This document shows positions 1-9,737 of a stretch of 64,000 bases of DNA, in pieces. Under the pieces are notes generated by a model that saw only the letters and a list, made by a program, of their open reading frames with translations, was not told the DNA's origin and did no database searches. The stretch's first letter is position 1, and each line of letters starts with the position of its first letter. Made by a program: the position numbers and the translations under genes. This stretch comes from a virus: IMG/VR virus record IMGVR_UViG_3300032268_001078, positions 96,001-160,000 of that record. One strand, given 5' to 3'.

Positions 1-642
1 TAATTTTTTTACTGATTTATCATCATCATAGTCTAAATACTGAGACCATCCCCACTCAAGTAATACTGAGTATCCTGGTCTCATAAATAAAAGTTCTAAT
101 TCATTTAGTTGGTTTATGTCCCAAGCATAGAATTTTATTGTTGTTTCAAATAAAGAACCATATGCTGATTTAGTATGCATGTTAACATCTATAATTCCAG
201 GCATTGGCCTAATACCATATACTTGATAATAATCCTTATCTACTGTGTTATTTGCGCGTACATCTATATTACCACCATAGACGCTGTTTTTTTGAGCTAT
301 TCCGTATCTTTGTGATGCTTCTACTATATTGGTTCCGTTGTTAGATTTAGTATAAAGTGTTCCACCTTCTAAAATATATTTTTTACTTAGTTGATTTCCG
401 TTGTAGCCACCATCAGGTTTTACACCAATGTTTCCAGCACCATTAAAAGTTAGGTCTTTTCCTGAAGTGAAATTGACAAAACTAGTCATTCTTACCCAAG
501 AATTTTTACTTAAATAAAACGGTAATAAATTATTTCTGTTGTTATTATTAATAGTACCAGATGAATTTCCTGCTATTACGTTTGTTCTAGCCTGTAACTG
601 AGTTTGTATAGACTCTGCTATTGTTTCTTTGAATATGCTCAC
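1..642 (-). CDS. Baseplate hub-like virion protein, N-terminal part (runs off the window edge; not in the ORF track)
   Basis: GTG start at 642, frame open to position 1: MSIFKETIAESIQTQLQAR...GIRPMPGII...SAYGSLFETTIKFYAWDINQLNELELLFMRPGYSVLLEWGWS. Directly follows the LysM/gp53-like gene, the usual hub position. Confidence 0.7.
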   Translation of the reverse strand, partial: MSIFKETIAESIQTQLQARTNVIAGNSSGTINNNNRNNLLPFYLSKNSWVRMTSFVNFTSGKDLTFNGAGNIGVKPDGGYNGNQLSKKYILEGGTLYTKSNNGTNIVEASQRYGIAQKNSVYGGNIDVRANNTVDKDYYQVYGIRPMPGIIDVNMHTKSAYGSLFETTIKFYAWDINQLNELELLFMRPGYSVLLEWGWSQYLDYDDDKSVKKL

Positions 643-650
643 GACTTTTA

Positions 651-947
651 TTAAGGATTAAGTTTGTCAAAATCTTGTAAAATTTTAGTTAAATCTTGTG
701 GAATTCTTAATTGTATTCCAATAGGAGGATACAATGAATCACGATTTAACTCATTTGCTATTTGGAAAATCCAATATAATGTTGGATCTCCATAAAATTG
801 TGTTGCTAAATTATCTAATCTGTCTCCTTGTTGTGTAATAATATACACATCATTAGTAGACTCAACAATAAAAGGATACTTTGTTGAAGCAAAATATCTT
901 GGTCCTTTTGGTTCTTTTAAAATATTATTTAAAGGATATCTATTCAT
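651..947 (-). CDS. LysM / tail-X / gp53-like baseplate wedge protein
   Basis: IITQQGDRLDNLATQFYGDPTLYWI motif; located downstream of tape measure and tube-initiator genes. Confidence 0.8.
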   Translation of the reverse strand: MNRYPLNNILKEPKGPRYFASTKYPFIVESTNDVYIITQQGDRLDNLATQFYGDPTLYWIFQIANELNRDSLYPPIGIQLRIPQDLTKILQDFDKLNP

Positions 948-2764
948 TATTGAGCTGGTGTAGTGTTAATTTTTATTGTTGTGTCTTTACCATTTACAGA
1001 AACTCCATTTTCATCTGTTGATATTCTCAATCTAGTTTGAGGTAAATAACGATTTGGGAAACCTTGTCTAAAATCAGGAGTAATAAATGTTGCAGTATGG
1101 TCCTTATCTCTTTTATTTTTCTTAGGTAAGAAGCTATGAATAGGTTTAAAGGCCATTGAAATTTTCATGTATTTTGGAACTTCGTGTTGAGAAGCATCAC
1201 CTAAACTTGTAGTTCTAAGTTCAGGTTCATTTATTGCTATTTCCCAAGGTGCTGTTAATAAATCACTAACATTTAATGAAGTAAATACACCAGGTTGTTG
1301 GTAAATATAATCTCCTATTGTTAAATATGCATAATTTCCTCTCATTTGACCTTTACTGGTATAATCAGGAGCCATATTAGACATTAAGTAATTTAATTTA
1401 GTGTAAATAGCAGGCATTTCTGCTGCTGAGTGAGCATATAAATAAAAACTAAAGTTAATGTCTCTTTTAAAACCTTCATATGTGTAAAAAGGCTCACCTC
1501 TTCCCATATAATTAAATTCTTTCCAAGTAGATGAAAAATTATCTGAAATATCAGCTAAATATGCTCTAAATGCTAATACATCTGTATTTTGGGTAGGTGC
1601 TACACCATTTGTTGTTGATGTAGGCCAAACCGGTTGATCATTGTTTAAAAATTCTATTCTAAATTTAATAATGTCTCTAGCATAGTTACCAGATATTTTC
1701 TTTGCTACTTCAGTAGCATTAAATAATCCAGTGTATATTTGATTTATATCTTTAATACCAGCTTTTTTAGCTGAGTTTGAATTATTATAAAATGTAGATC
1801 TAGGAGTGATAGTTAACATGTTTATGCTATCTATAGTATTAGGACTACCAATATTTGAATTATTACTAGTAACACCTACTCTACGATGAACATTTTTAGT
1901 AATATAATTATTTCCTTTAAATTTTCCTTTATATTCGGTAAAATCAACTGGGTATTTGGCTAAATTTGATTCTTCTGTTTCAGTTAATGAATTTTTAGTA
2001 ATATATTTACTATTTTCTCGAATATCTTCATAAGACCAAGGTATAAACCCATTAGTAGAACTATTAGTTTCAGATGATGGATTATATATTTTATCTGTAG
2101 AAAAATCATTTCTATTTAAAAAATTTGATCCAGCTACTGCTTTAGTTTTTCCTAGACCTAAATAAGAATCAGGACCACCATTATATTGAGATAATGTCCA
2201 ACTTCCAGCGCCTCTATTATCATCCATCTTATCTTTATATAGAGTTAATCTAGATATAAAGTTATTATCATTATCACCTGTATTAGCATATAAATAACTA
2301 CCAGGAATAAGATCTGTATTACTAAATGTTGGTTTTAAACCATGTCTGTCAAAGTGTAGTCCAAAAGCATTTCCACCAGCTGCTGCTAATGGGCCAACAT
2401 AGTCAAAAAGTTGAGTATCTATTACTTTACTACTAGTTGTAGCTATTGTATATGAAGTATTTGGATTACTAAATTGTAGTCCACTTTGTTTTACTAAACT
2501 TAATACTCCATTAGTACTTAGTAAAAATTTACCTAGTCTTACTTCGTCTAAAGCGGTAGCGGTTATAGCATTGTATAGTCCTCCTCTAATAAGTCCATCA
2601 TCAAATTTTTCAAATGGACCATCTCCTTCAACAGGAGCAGGAATATGTGTTTGACCAGCTAAGGTAACTGTTTCTTGAGTTGTAGAGACACCAAAGACAT
2701 CATAAACTCTAGTGAATTTACCCGATAGTGATTCCTCATATAGTTCCCTTAAGCTTTTAGCCAT
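947..2764 (-). CDS. Tail tube initiator-like (gp48/gp54-type) baseplate protein
   Basis: C-terminal FRAYLADISDNFSSTWKEFNYMGRGEPFYTYEGFKRDINFSF resembles contractile-system tube-fold proteins; position after the tape measure. Confidence 0.65.
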   Translation of the reverse strand: MAKSLRELYEESLSGKFTRVYDVFGVSTTQETVTLAGQTHIPAPVEGDGPFEKFDDGLIRGGLYNAITATALDEVRLGKFLLSTNGVLSLVKQSGLQFSNPNTSYTIATTSSKVIDTQLFDYVGPLAAAGGNAFGLHFDRHGLKPTFSNTDLIPGSYLYANTGDNDNNFISRLTLYKDKMDDNRGAGSWTLSQYNGGPDSYLGLGKTKAVAGSNFLNRNDFSTDKIYNPSSETNSSTNGFIPWSYEDIRENSKYITKNSLTETEESNLAKYPVDFTEYKGKFKGNNYITKNVHRRVGVTSNNSNIGSPNTIDSINMLTITPRSTFYNNSNSAKKAGIKDINQIYTGLFNATEVAKKISGNYARDIIKFRIEFLNNDQPVWPTSTTNGVAPTQNTDVLAFRAYLADISDNFSSTWKEFNYMGRGEPFYTYEGFKRDINFSFYLYAHSAAEMPAIYTKLNYLMSNMAPDYTSKGQMRGNYAYLTIGDYIYQQPGVFTSLNVSDLLTAPWEIAINEPELRTTSLGDASQHEVPKYMKISMAFKPIHSFLPKKNKRDKDHTATFITPDFRQGFPNRYLPQTRLRISTDENGVSVNGKDTTIKINTTPAQ

Positions 2765-3078
2765 TAATAGCGACCTTCAGCTGGACCTTTAGAACTGTAT
2801 GGACCCCAAGGAGCCGGTTTACCCGCACCACTTGAACCAAAAGCTAATTGAGTACTTCTAGTGAAATAAGCATAACCTGGAATTTGTGTTGAAACCCTAC
2901 CAGTAATCAAATCTTGAGATTTAGATAAAGTATTTGAAATAGGTAAAGTAGTTCTTGCCTGAATTTCAGATGTGTATTTTTGACCTAAATTTTCAAATGT
3001 AGGTCCTGGAATACCTAATAATCCATATCTGCTTGTATTAAGCGGGTCTAATAATCTGTCTCTTAATGAATATGCCAT
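2764..3078 (-). CDS. Hypothetical virion protein, 104 aa
   Basis: ORF with upstream ATATTTAT motif; stop overlaps the next start. Confidence 0.6.
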   Translation of the reverse strand: MAYSLRDRLLDPLNTSRYGLLGIPGPTFENLGQKYTSEIQARTTLPISNTLSKSQDLITGRVSTQIPGYAYFTRSTQLAFGSSGAGKPAPWGPYSSKGPAEGRY

Positions 3079-3093
3079 AGTTAGTGTTTATTG

Positions 3094-3101
3094 ATAAATA
3101 T
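3094..3101 (-). promoter_or_regulatory. Class I motif ATATTTAT
   Basis: 15 nt upstream of start 3078. Confidence 0.65.
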
Positions 3102-5419
3102 TAAACCCAGTTAGAAGAATAACTTTGTTTTTGGTATTGAGTTGCCGATTTTCCTATTTGTTGACCGTTTTGATTAATTGTAGATTCACTCTTAACATAA
3201 ACATTAATTTCTTTATTATTATTATTTGATGTAGGAACGTTTATTCCACCAACTCCGCCACCACCACTTGGAGCAGCTATGTTTGTTTCACCTCCAGACG
3301 CTGCATTGATTGCAGCATATGCTACTCCGGCTGCTGCTAATGCTACTAATATACCAGTACCGACTGTTAAGAAAGAAGTTGTTAATGCTGCTTCAGCAGC
3401 CACACCACCAAATTGAACAAGAACTGGAGCTAATTTTAATGCCATGTCTACTAATCCTCCTACCATCTTAACAGCTATAATAGTACCTATAGCAACTATA
3501 ATTCCTTTTAAAGTATTAGCACTACTTACTAATTTAGCAAATTTATCCATCATTGTTCCTAAAGGACCATTAGCTAAAATAGCAATTCTTTCTTGAAGAT
3601 TTTCTACTAATGAATTAAAGCGTTCTTGGTTTGATATTTGAGTAGCTTGGGCTACTAATTGTTCACCGTTTTGAGCTTGAGCTAATTCTGCATTTAATTT
3701 TGAATAATCACCAGTTCTACCTGCTTCTCTAGCCATTTCTTCAAATGCTGCTTTAGATTCAAGTGTAGTTCCTGCTAAAAGTTTTTGTTGTTTTAACATA
3801 TCAGCCATTTCATCTGCTGATAATCCTATAGATTCTGCTAATGATTTTTGTTGAATTACGTTTAAATTTTGAAATTCTTCTAAACTTCCTACTTGATTTA
3901 CTAATTCTTGAGCAGCTTTAGCGGTTTCACCTCTTAAAGCTAATTCACGAGCTTGTTCAAGATTTAATGCTTTACCGGTTAATAATTCTGCTTTTAATTC
4001 ATTTTCAATACTAGTCTCGAAACTTAATAAACTATTTGCCATCTTAGCGGCTTGTTCAAAACTAAGTCCTAATTTTTGTACTTGAATTACAGCTTCAGCT
4101 ATTCTTTTAGGGTCATTGCTGTATTGAGCTGATAATTGTCCTCCAACTTTAGCTACATCTGATAAAACTTTTCTATAATCTAGTGTTATTCCTGTAGCTT
4201 TTCTTAAATTTACTACTTGATTACCTACTTCTACATTTACATCATGAGCACTTTGTTGGTTTAGTTTACCCAAACCATAAAGTTTAGCACCTTCAGCCGC
4301 TTGTAAACCCATTCCCTTAACGATCTCAATTTGATCTAAACGTGATTTAGCAGTAAATAAGGCTCCAGTTCCTAAAGCTTCATTTAATTGGTTATTTGCT
4401 TCTACCTGATTTTTTACACTTGCTAAAACACTGTCTACATTTTTGTTTATATTAGAAACATTGTCAGCTGCTGTTAAAAAACCTTCAGATACAGTTCTAG
4501 CTCCATCTTTTGATATTTGTAAACTTTTACTTAAGTTAGTTACTAAACTGTCAAATTTTAAAACATTTTCTAAAATCTTTTTAAAACTAATTCCTATGTT
4601 TTCTAATTGGTTATCAAGAAATTTAAAAGCTCCACCAAATATTGGAGAATCTCTTAATTTTTTATTGTAAAATTCTACTTTTCCTGTTAATTTATCCCAA
4701 CTACCTAAATTTTTATTTAGAGCATCAAATTCTTTACCATGATTAGTTATAATATTACGACCAATATCCATTTGTTTTTGGTATTTAGCTAATTTTTGTA
4801 ATAATAATTTATCTTCGTCTGTTATATTTTGAAGACTAGTAAAACTTCCATCGTTAATATCACTTACAGCTTTTAATTGTTCATTAAGAATATCTACTTT
4901 AGCTTGTTGTGATAAAGCATCTTCTTGAGCATTTTGTACAGCAGTTGCTGTAACGCCATTTAATCCTCTTGCTAAATCTTTTTCTAGTATTTTAGCTTCA
5001 TTTTGTTTTGCTTCTAATTCAGCAATTTCTTCTGTTATTTTATAACGAGCTGTTAAACCATCTACATATTGTTGAGCAGCTTTTTGACCATCTGTGCTAA
5101 GCTTACTTTGTATATCTTTAGATTTTTCTAAACCAACCTTATATAAATTTTGAGCTTTATTAATTTTTTCTTGTAATTCTGCAAATCTTAAACCAGATTT
5201 TTCATTATCTTTGAGTGCTTCTAATTGTTGTTTAATAACTTCTACTAAATTTTTAGAATCATTAACAGATTTTTTCATAGAATCACCAAGGGCTTGATAT
5301 TGACCTACTAAAGCTTTAGCAAGATTTTCTTGAATACCAATTTCAGTGTTTAAATCTTGGGAGTATCCTAACCGCTGTCTTTCAATACCAATGTCTTCCC
5401 TGCCAAATTGTTCAACCAT
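3101..5419 (-). CDS. Tape measure protein
   Basis: 772 aa helical, Ala/Gln/Leu-rich, hydrophobic C-terminal segment; directly downstream of the tail chaperone pair. Confidence 0.85.
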   Translation of the reverse strand: MVEQFGREDIGIERQRLGYSQDLNTEIGIQENLAKALVGQYQALGDSMKKSVNDSKNLVEVIKQQLEALKDNEKSGLRFAELQEKINKAQNLYKVGLEKSKDIQSKLSTDGQKAAQQYVDGLTARYKITEEIAELEAKQNEAKILEKDLARGLNGVTATAVQNAQEDALSQQAKVDILNEQLKAVSDINDGSFTSLQNITDEDKLLLQKLAKYQKQMDIGRNIITNHGKEFDALNKNLGSWDKLTGKVEFYNKKLRDSPIFGGAFKFLDNQLENIGISFKKILENVLKFDSLVTNLSKSLQISKDGARTVSEGFLTAADNVSNINKNVDSVLASVKNQVEANNQLNEALGTGALFTAKSRLDQIEIVKGMGLQAAEGAKLYGLGKLNQQSAHDVNVEVGNQVVNLRKATGITLDYRKVLSDVAKVGGQLSAQYSNDPKRIAEAVIQVQKLGLSFEQAAKMANSLLSFETSIENELKAELLTGKALNLEQARELALRGETAKAAQELVNQVGSLEEFQNLNVIQQKSLAESIGLSADEMADMLKQQKLLAGTTLESKAAFEEMAREAGRTGDYSKLNAELAQAQNGEQLVAQATQISNQERFNSLVENLQERIAILANGPLGTMMDKFAKLVSSANTLKGIIVAIGTIIAVKMVGGLVDMALKLAPVLVQFGGVAAEAALTTSFLTVGTGILVALAAAGVAYAAINAASGGETNIAAPSGGGGVGGINVPTSNNNNKEINVYVKSESTINQNGQQIGKSATQYQKQSYSSNWV

Positions 5420-5423
5420 GTCA

Positions 5424-5431
5424 ATAAATAT
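5424..5431 (-). promoter_or_regulatory. Class I motif ATATTTAT
   Basis: 4 nt upstream of the tape measure start. Confidence 0.65.
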
Positions 5432-5435
5432 TTAG

Positions 5436-5666
5436 TTATTTTTTCTTTATAGAAGATACAATATCCGGTTTAAATCGCGATATATCTGGTGTAGACTTAG
5501 AAGAATTTGATCCTTTAGCTGCAGCTTCTTCAGCTTCTGCTTTTTTCTTAAGAAATTCATTGATTTTATGAATATGATATCTTCTGTTAGATATAGGCAT
5601 GTCCCATACTTCACTCCATATGAAACCTCCTCCGCCATGATAAACTAAATCATGGACCTCATTCAT
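5436..5666 (-). CDS. Tail assembly chaperone, second ORF (gp51-like); probably also a frameshift extension of the upstream gene
   Basis: HDLVYHGGGGFIWSEVWDMPI; lies between the gp26-like gene and tape measure; frame is open back to the T7 run at 5697-5703. Confidence 0.7.
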   Translation of the reverse strand: MNEVHDLVYHGGGGFIWSEVWDMPISNRRYHIHKINEFLKKKAEAEEAAAKGSNSSKSTPDISRFKPDIVSSIKKK

Positions 5667-5676
5667 AAAAATTGGT

Positions 5677-6435
5677 CTATAGTGTAATGTCAGGCCAAAA
5701 AAAGCTCACATTCATTGGTATTGAGGCGCCCTCCACAACGTCTCCTTTACTGTCTGTATAACTAAAAGTCATATCTAGATCAGGCGTAATTTCGTTGATG
5801 AATTTGCGAAGTGCTCTAACATCCATGGAAAGCATGTTGTCCACAAAGTTTCTTATTACTTCGTCACGAGTATCGCCGTTTATTGCGGTTATAGTGTGTT
5901 TGAGGGTAGTAGTAATGTCAAAACTTTCTTGTGGTTTAACTTTTTTCAAACCTTTAATTTCATTGTCAATATTGATTTGATTAGTTTGATTTAAAAGTTT
6001 AAATTTAACACTAACTTTTGACTGAGGTAAAATAAAATCAAACTCATTTTGTCCAGCTATAAATAAGTCTTCATTGATTTTTTTATTTTTCAACTCAGAT
6101 AAATCTATATCTACAGGAATTTTAGCTCCAAATTTGTCTGTTACATCAACACGGTATTTTGCACCGTATCCTAAAATTCTAGCAGCAACTAAAATAGCAT
6201 TTTTATCTCCTGTAATTAATTCGTTGTAATCAATTTTACTTACTATTAAAGACTGTAATAACTTGTCTATTACAATTCCTTTTTCTAAGTAATTTTGGTT
6301 AGTAAGAATGTCTTCTTCACGAGCAGACATGTATTTTAATTCAATTGTACCTGATGATAGTGGACTTGATTCAGGATAGACTAAACCTTTACTTGGTAAA
6401 TCTATAACTTCTGTTGGGAAACGGAACTCGTTCAT
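5677..6435 (-). CDS. T4 gp26-like baseplate hub / tail assembly chaperone
   Basis: FPTEVIDLPSKGLVY...MSAREEDILTNQN...ARILGYG...FFWPD. Confidence 0.8.
   Translation of the reverse strand: MNEFRFPTEVIDLPSKGLVYPESSPLSSGTIELKYMSAREEDILTNQNYLEKGIVIDKLLQSLIVSKIDYNELITGDKNAILVAARILGYGAKYRVDVTDKFGAKIPVDIDLSELKNKKINEDLFIAGQNEFDFILPQSKVSVKFKLLNQTNQINIDNEIKGLKKVKPQESFDITTTLKHTITAINGDTRDEVIRNFVDNMLSMDVRALRKFINEITPDLDMTFSYTDSKGDVVEGASIPMNVSFFWPDITL
5697..5703 (-). other. Candidate ribosomal slippery site (AGC TTT TTT TGG)
   Basis: T7 run six codons before the stop; the +1 frame opens exactly here and is continuous with ORF 5436..5666. Confidence 0.6.
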
Positions 6436-7031
6436 ATTTTGATTTTATTTGATTTTTTAATATTTTCTACATGCCACATAGGACGTAAATTTGTATAATG
6501 ATTTAACTTTTTTACTTCTTCTTCTGTTTTTGCTAATGATTTAGGTTTAATATGATCAATACTCCAACTTTCTTTTGTATTACCATAATTTTCCCAACTC
6601 ATACCTTCAATCCACTGTGATTCAATGTGTTCTCTAAATTTATCCCAACTTTCCAAACCTAATATTTCTAATGTTGACTGGTTTTTGTAAATAGAATTTA
6701 TTTTTAATGATTTCCACACGGCATGCATTAATGAATTATGTAATTTTACTAATGGATCCTTTCTTTTATTTTTCATCCATTCATTTTGATATTCTTTAAG
6801 TTGTTGTTTACGAATATCTTTTGGAGTTTTTTCTTTTATAATATAATATTTTTTAAAAGTTTTTTGATGACTTTCTCTATTTTTTTCTGGGTTATTTATT
6901 TTCCATTGTTTAGAAGATATAGAGGCGCATTGTTTACAATTAGATTGTAATCCATCTTTAGAATCTTTGTGTTTACAAAAATTACTAATATCTTTTGTTT
7001 GATTACATTTAGAACAATTTTTTACACTCAT
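6432..7031 (-). CDS. Free-standing HNH homing endonuclease with N-terminal Zn finger
   Basis: CSKC...CKQC at the N-terminus; WSIDHIKPKS...NHYTNLRPMWHVENIKKSNK. Confidence 0.85.
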   Translation of the reverse strand: MSVKNCSKCNQTKDISNFCKHKDSKDGLQSNCKQCASISSKQWKINNPEKNRESHQKTFKKYYIIKEKTPKDIRKQQLKEYQNEWMKNKRKDPLVKLHNSLMHAVWKSLKINSIYKNQSTLEILGLESWDKFREHIESQWIEGMSWENYGNTKESWSIDHIKPKSLAKTEEEVKKLNHYTNLRPMWHVENIKKSNKIKI

Positions 7032-7046
7032 ATAACTTTATTTGCT

Positions 7047-7054
7047 ATAAATAT
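7047..7054 (-). promoter_or_regulatory. Class I motif ATATTTAT
   Basis: 15 nt upstream of the HNH start, just after a terminator. Confidence 0.65.
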
Positions 7055-7059
7055 TAAAC

Positions 7060-7088
7060 AAAAAAAGAGTCTGGCAAAAACCAGACTC
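7060..7088 (-). terminator. Rho-independent terminator after the tail tube gene
   Basis: GAGTCTGG-TTTTTG-CCAGACTC followed by T7 on the minus strand. Confidence 0.85.
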
Positions 7089-7112
7089 CTCTTTTTATTT
7101 TTAAGACTACTA

Positions 7113-7601
7113 TTAGTAGTTCAATATGCAATAATCCATAGCAAGTGTCAACTGAATATCTTTTGTAGCTTCACCTGCTGAATAATCACCTTGTCCAAAA
7201 TCTGCATTTTTAATAAATGCACCTTTGATAATCCATTCACCTACTACATCACCAACTGGACCTAGTTCTGATAAAGTAATGTCTTTTTTATAGAAATCAC
7301 TGTAACCATCACGTCCTGTTACTGATTCGTGTGATAAACGAATCCATTCCATTGTTACTTGTTCGCCTGAAGGAGTAACTGGATCCCAAAGTGTTAAGTC
7401 CATATCTGACCATCTAGCTTTTCCTTTGATTTTACGATAAACATTAATGTGATCTAAAACAATCTCATTTAAGTTTACTGTTGGAAATTTAACTTTATGG
7501 ACCAAATACGCAGGAACACCCTGGATAGTCATTAACCAGCGATTTTGAACTTTAGGTTCGAACGCTGTGAAAAATATTTCGTTTGAATTTAATACTGGCA
7601 T
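7113..7601 (-). CDS. gp19: Tail tube protein (T4 gp19-like)
   Basis: FEPKVQNRW...IDHIN-type motif (LDHINVYRKIKGKARW)...GPVGDVVGEWIIKGAF; directly follows the sheath gene. Confidence 0.92.
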   Translation of the reverse strand: MPVLNSNEIFFTAFEPKVQNRWLMTIQGVPAYLVHKVKFPTVNLNEIVLDHINVYRKIKGKARWSDMDLTLWDPVTPSGEQVTMEWIRLSHESVTGRDGYSDFYKKDITLSELGPVGDVVGEWIIKGAFIKNADFGQGDYSAGEATKDIQLTLAMDYCILNY

Positions 7602-7628
7602 CTTATTTAGTTTTTATCTTGTTCTATA

Positions 7629-7636
7629 ATAAATAT
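7629..7636 (-). promoter_or_regulatory. Class I motif ATATTTAT
   Basis: 27 nt upstream of the tube gene. Confidence 0.7.
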
Positions 7637-7642
7637 GTTATA

Positions 7643-9370
7643 TTAAGAGAATGTTACACCTGTTGGAGTAATGTTGAATGTTAAATAAATAAATTCAATA
7701 GTTTTAGTAGGTTGAATGTAAATTTGTCCAACTAGTTGATTTCTATCGATTACATCTGCTGTATTATTAGTATCATCCATTACTACTTTGTAAGCATACA
7801 AACCTTGTCTTTGTTGTACACTTTCCAAATATGGATTAACTTGACTTAAAAAATTATTTCTTGTAGAAATAGTGTTTTGTTCAAACAATAAACTTTCAGC
7901 AATATTTCCAATATAACGTTTAAGAGCAATTAACAATCTACGAACATTTACTCGATCTAAAGCACTAGCTTGAGTTTGTAAGGTTTTCTGTCCGTAAGCT
8001 ACTAAACCAACACCAGGGAAACTAGCAATTGGATTAACTTTACCTTGATATAATTTGTCTCTGTCAGTTGTTTGTAGTTTTCTTTCTGCTTGTAAAGCAC
8101 CACCAATTCCACCTCTGTTTAAACCAGCTGGAGCAAACCACTCAGCACTAACTTTATCGTTAAAGCTATAAACACCTGGCATTACTGTTGAAGCCGGAAC
8201 CCATACTAATTTACCTGAAGCTTGACTTAATACTTGAACCCAAGGCCAATAAGCAGCAGCATAGTTAGTATTCATAGTAGCAGCTTGATTTACAACAGCA
8301 CCTACTGTAGCACCATAAGCATAAAGATCAGTAATATAAAAACAATCACCTCTATCTTCAGCTACATTAATAAAACTTGAAACAGCTGAACTGTGTAAAT
8401 TTTGAGTTAAACCTGGAGTAGCTAATAATTGATAATCATATTCTTCTGGATTATCTAATAAATTTGAAGCAGTAATATAATTACCTACTGTAAGTCCTTG
8501 AGTAGTAGTACTAATATTTTCAAATAAGTTTGTAACTGTACTTAAATCATTTCCTTCAGCTCCTCCAAAACTTCCTGAACCTAATACTGGAATAGAAGCA
8601 GTGTAAATACTATTAACAGCACCATTATTTAAGAAATAATTTGGAGTTGGAGTTAGTACACTGTTTACTCTTACATATCTTGAACTATTAGGATAGTTAC
8701 CAGTTTGATTTAAATAATATTGACCTGTAGTAGAATCATAAGCAACATTCACATTTCTGTCTCCAATTACTCGTGAAATATAATTAGGACTATTTGGATC
8801 TAAACTTAAGTTAGTAAAAGTTTCAAGAACAGTTTTATTTAAACTAGTATCATTACCTTGACGAATCAATAATGAAAATAAACCAGATCCTGTGTCAGAT
8901 GCGACTACTTCCCATCTTACGTTATCCACTGAACCACTAATTAAAGCTCCATTAGATAATTGAGATCCAGAACTAAAACTATTCATAATAGTACCTTGAC
9001 CAAGTGTACTTAATGTAAATGAAGCTGAATTGTTAGAAGCTGAAGTAAGATAATTAGCTATTGAACTTGTAGCAGAAGTATATGATCCTGATGTTACGCG
9101 AGTAACTAAAATTGTACTTCCACCTTGTTGAAAGTAGTTGTAAGCAGCTATTGAAGTTAAAAACTCATAATTCACAGATGCACTAGTAAATACATCTCCA
9201 TATCTTCCTTTAAAATCAGAGTATGAAGTAACAAGTGTAGGGATATTTGGTTGGCCTTTAACTGTAGGTCCAACTAAAGCTAAACCTGCTGTAATCGTTC
9301 CCTGAACGATTTGTGATGTATCATTTTCGTTTAATACAATGCCTGGTGATAATAATATTTCGTTTGCCAT
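7643..9370 (-). CDS. gp18: Tail sheath protein (T4 gp18-like)
   Basis: SPG at the N-terminus; YWPW, WFAPAGLNRG, LDRVNVRRLL, PTKTIEFIYLTF. Confidence 0.97.
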   Translation of the reverse strand: MANEILLSPGIVLNENDTSQIVQGTITAGLALVGPTVKGQPNIPTLVTSYSDFKGRYGDVFTSASVNYEFLTSIAAYNYFQQGGSTILVTRVTSGSYTSATSSIANYLTSASNNSASFTLSTLGQGTIMNSFSSGSQLSNGALISGSVDNVRWEVVASDTGSGLFSLLIRQGNDTSLNKTVLETFTNLSLDPNSPNYISRVIGDRNVNVAYDSTTGQYYLNQTGNYPNSSRYVRVNSVLTPTPNYFLNNGAVNSIYTASIPVLGSGSFGGAEGNDLSTVTNLFENISTTTQGLTVGNYITASNLLDNPEEYDYQLLATPGLTQNLHSSAVSSFINVAEDRGDCFYITDLYAYGATVGAVVNQAATMNTNYAAAYWPWVQVLSQASGKLVWVPASTVMPGVYSFNDKVSAEWFAPAGLNRGGIGGALQAERKLQTTDRDKLYQGKVNPIASFPGVGLVAYGQKTLQTQASALDRVNVRRLLIALKRYIGNIAESLLFEQNTISTRNNFLSQVNPYLESVQQRQGLYAYKVVMDDTNNTADVIDRNQLVGQIYIQPTKTIEFIYLTFNITPTGVTFS

Positions 9371-9391
9371 TTTATTAGGTTGTTTCTAGTA

Positions 9392-9399
9392 ATAAATAT
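9392..9399 (-). promoter_or_regulatory. Class I motif ATATTTAT
   Basis: 21 nt upstream of the sheath gene. Confidence 0.7.
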
Positions 9400-9417
9400 G
9401 GACTAAAATATTAAAAC

Positions 9418-9440
9418 ACCAAAGGACCCATAAGGGTCCT
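9418..9440 (-). terminator. Hairpin / possible terminator upstream of the sheath promoter motif
   Basis: AGGACCC-TTAT-GGGTCCT then TTT on the minus strand; short U tract. Confidence 0.55.
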
Positions 9441-9464
9441 CTAGTTAATAGTATTTTAAATTGA

Positions 9465-9713
9465 TTAAGCAGGAATAAATTCACCTTTATCAAGATCAAT
9501 GGTTCCTACACCATATTTTTCTTGGAAAAATTTACCAGTTTCTTGTTCTTTAGTTTTTAGTTCGTTAAAGTATTTTACTACTTCTTCTCTTCTAGCTTCA
9601 ATTTGTAATTTAGTAATTTCTAAACTACCTAATTCTTGTGCTACTGCTTGATTTTCTTTTTGTAACTCTTGCAATTGTTCGATTTCTTCGATTGTAAGTT
9701 TTGTGTTTTCCAT
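9465..9713 (-). CDS. Small coiled-coil protein, possibly a fibre assembly chaperone
   Basis: 82 aa heptad-rich, ends KYGVGTIDLDKGEF; follows the fibre genes. Confidence 0.6.
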   Translation of the reverse strand: MENTKLTIEEIEQLQELQKENQAVAQELGSLEITKLQIEARREEVVKYFNELKTKEQETGKFFQEKYGVGTIDLDKGEFIPA

Positions 9714-9737
9714 ATAACGTTATTTTTTTTTATTTAT

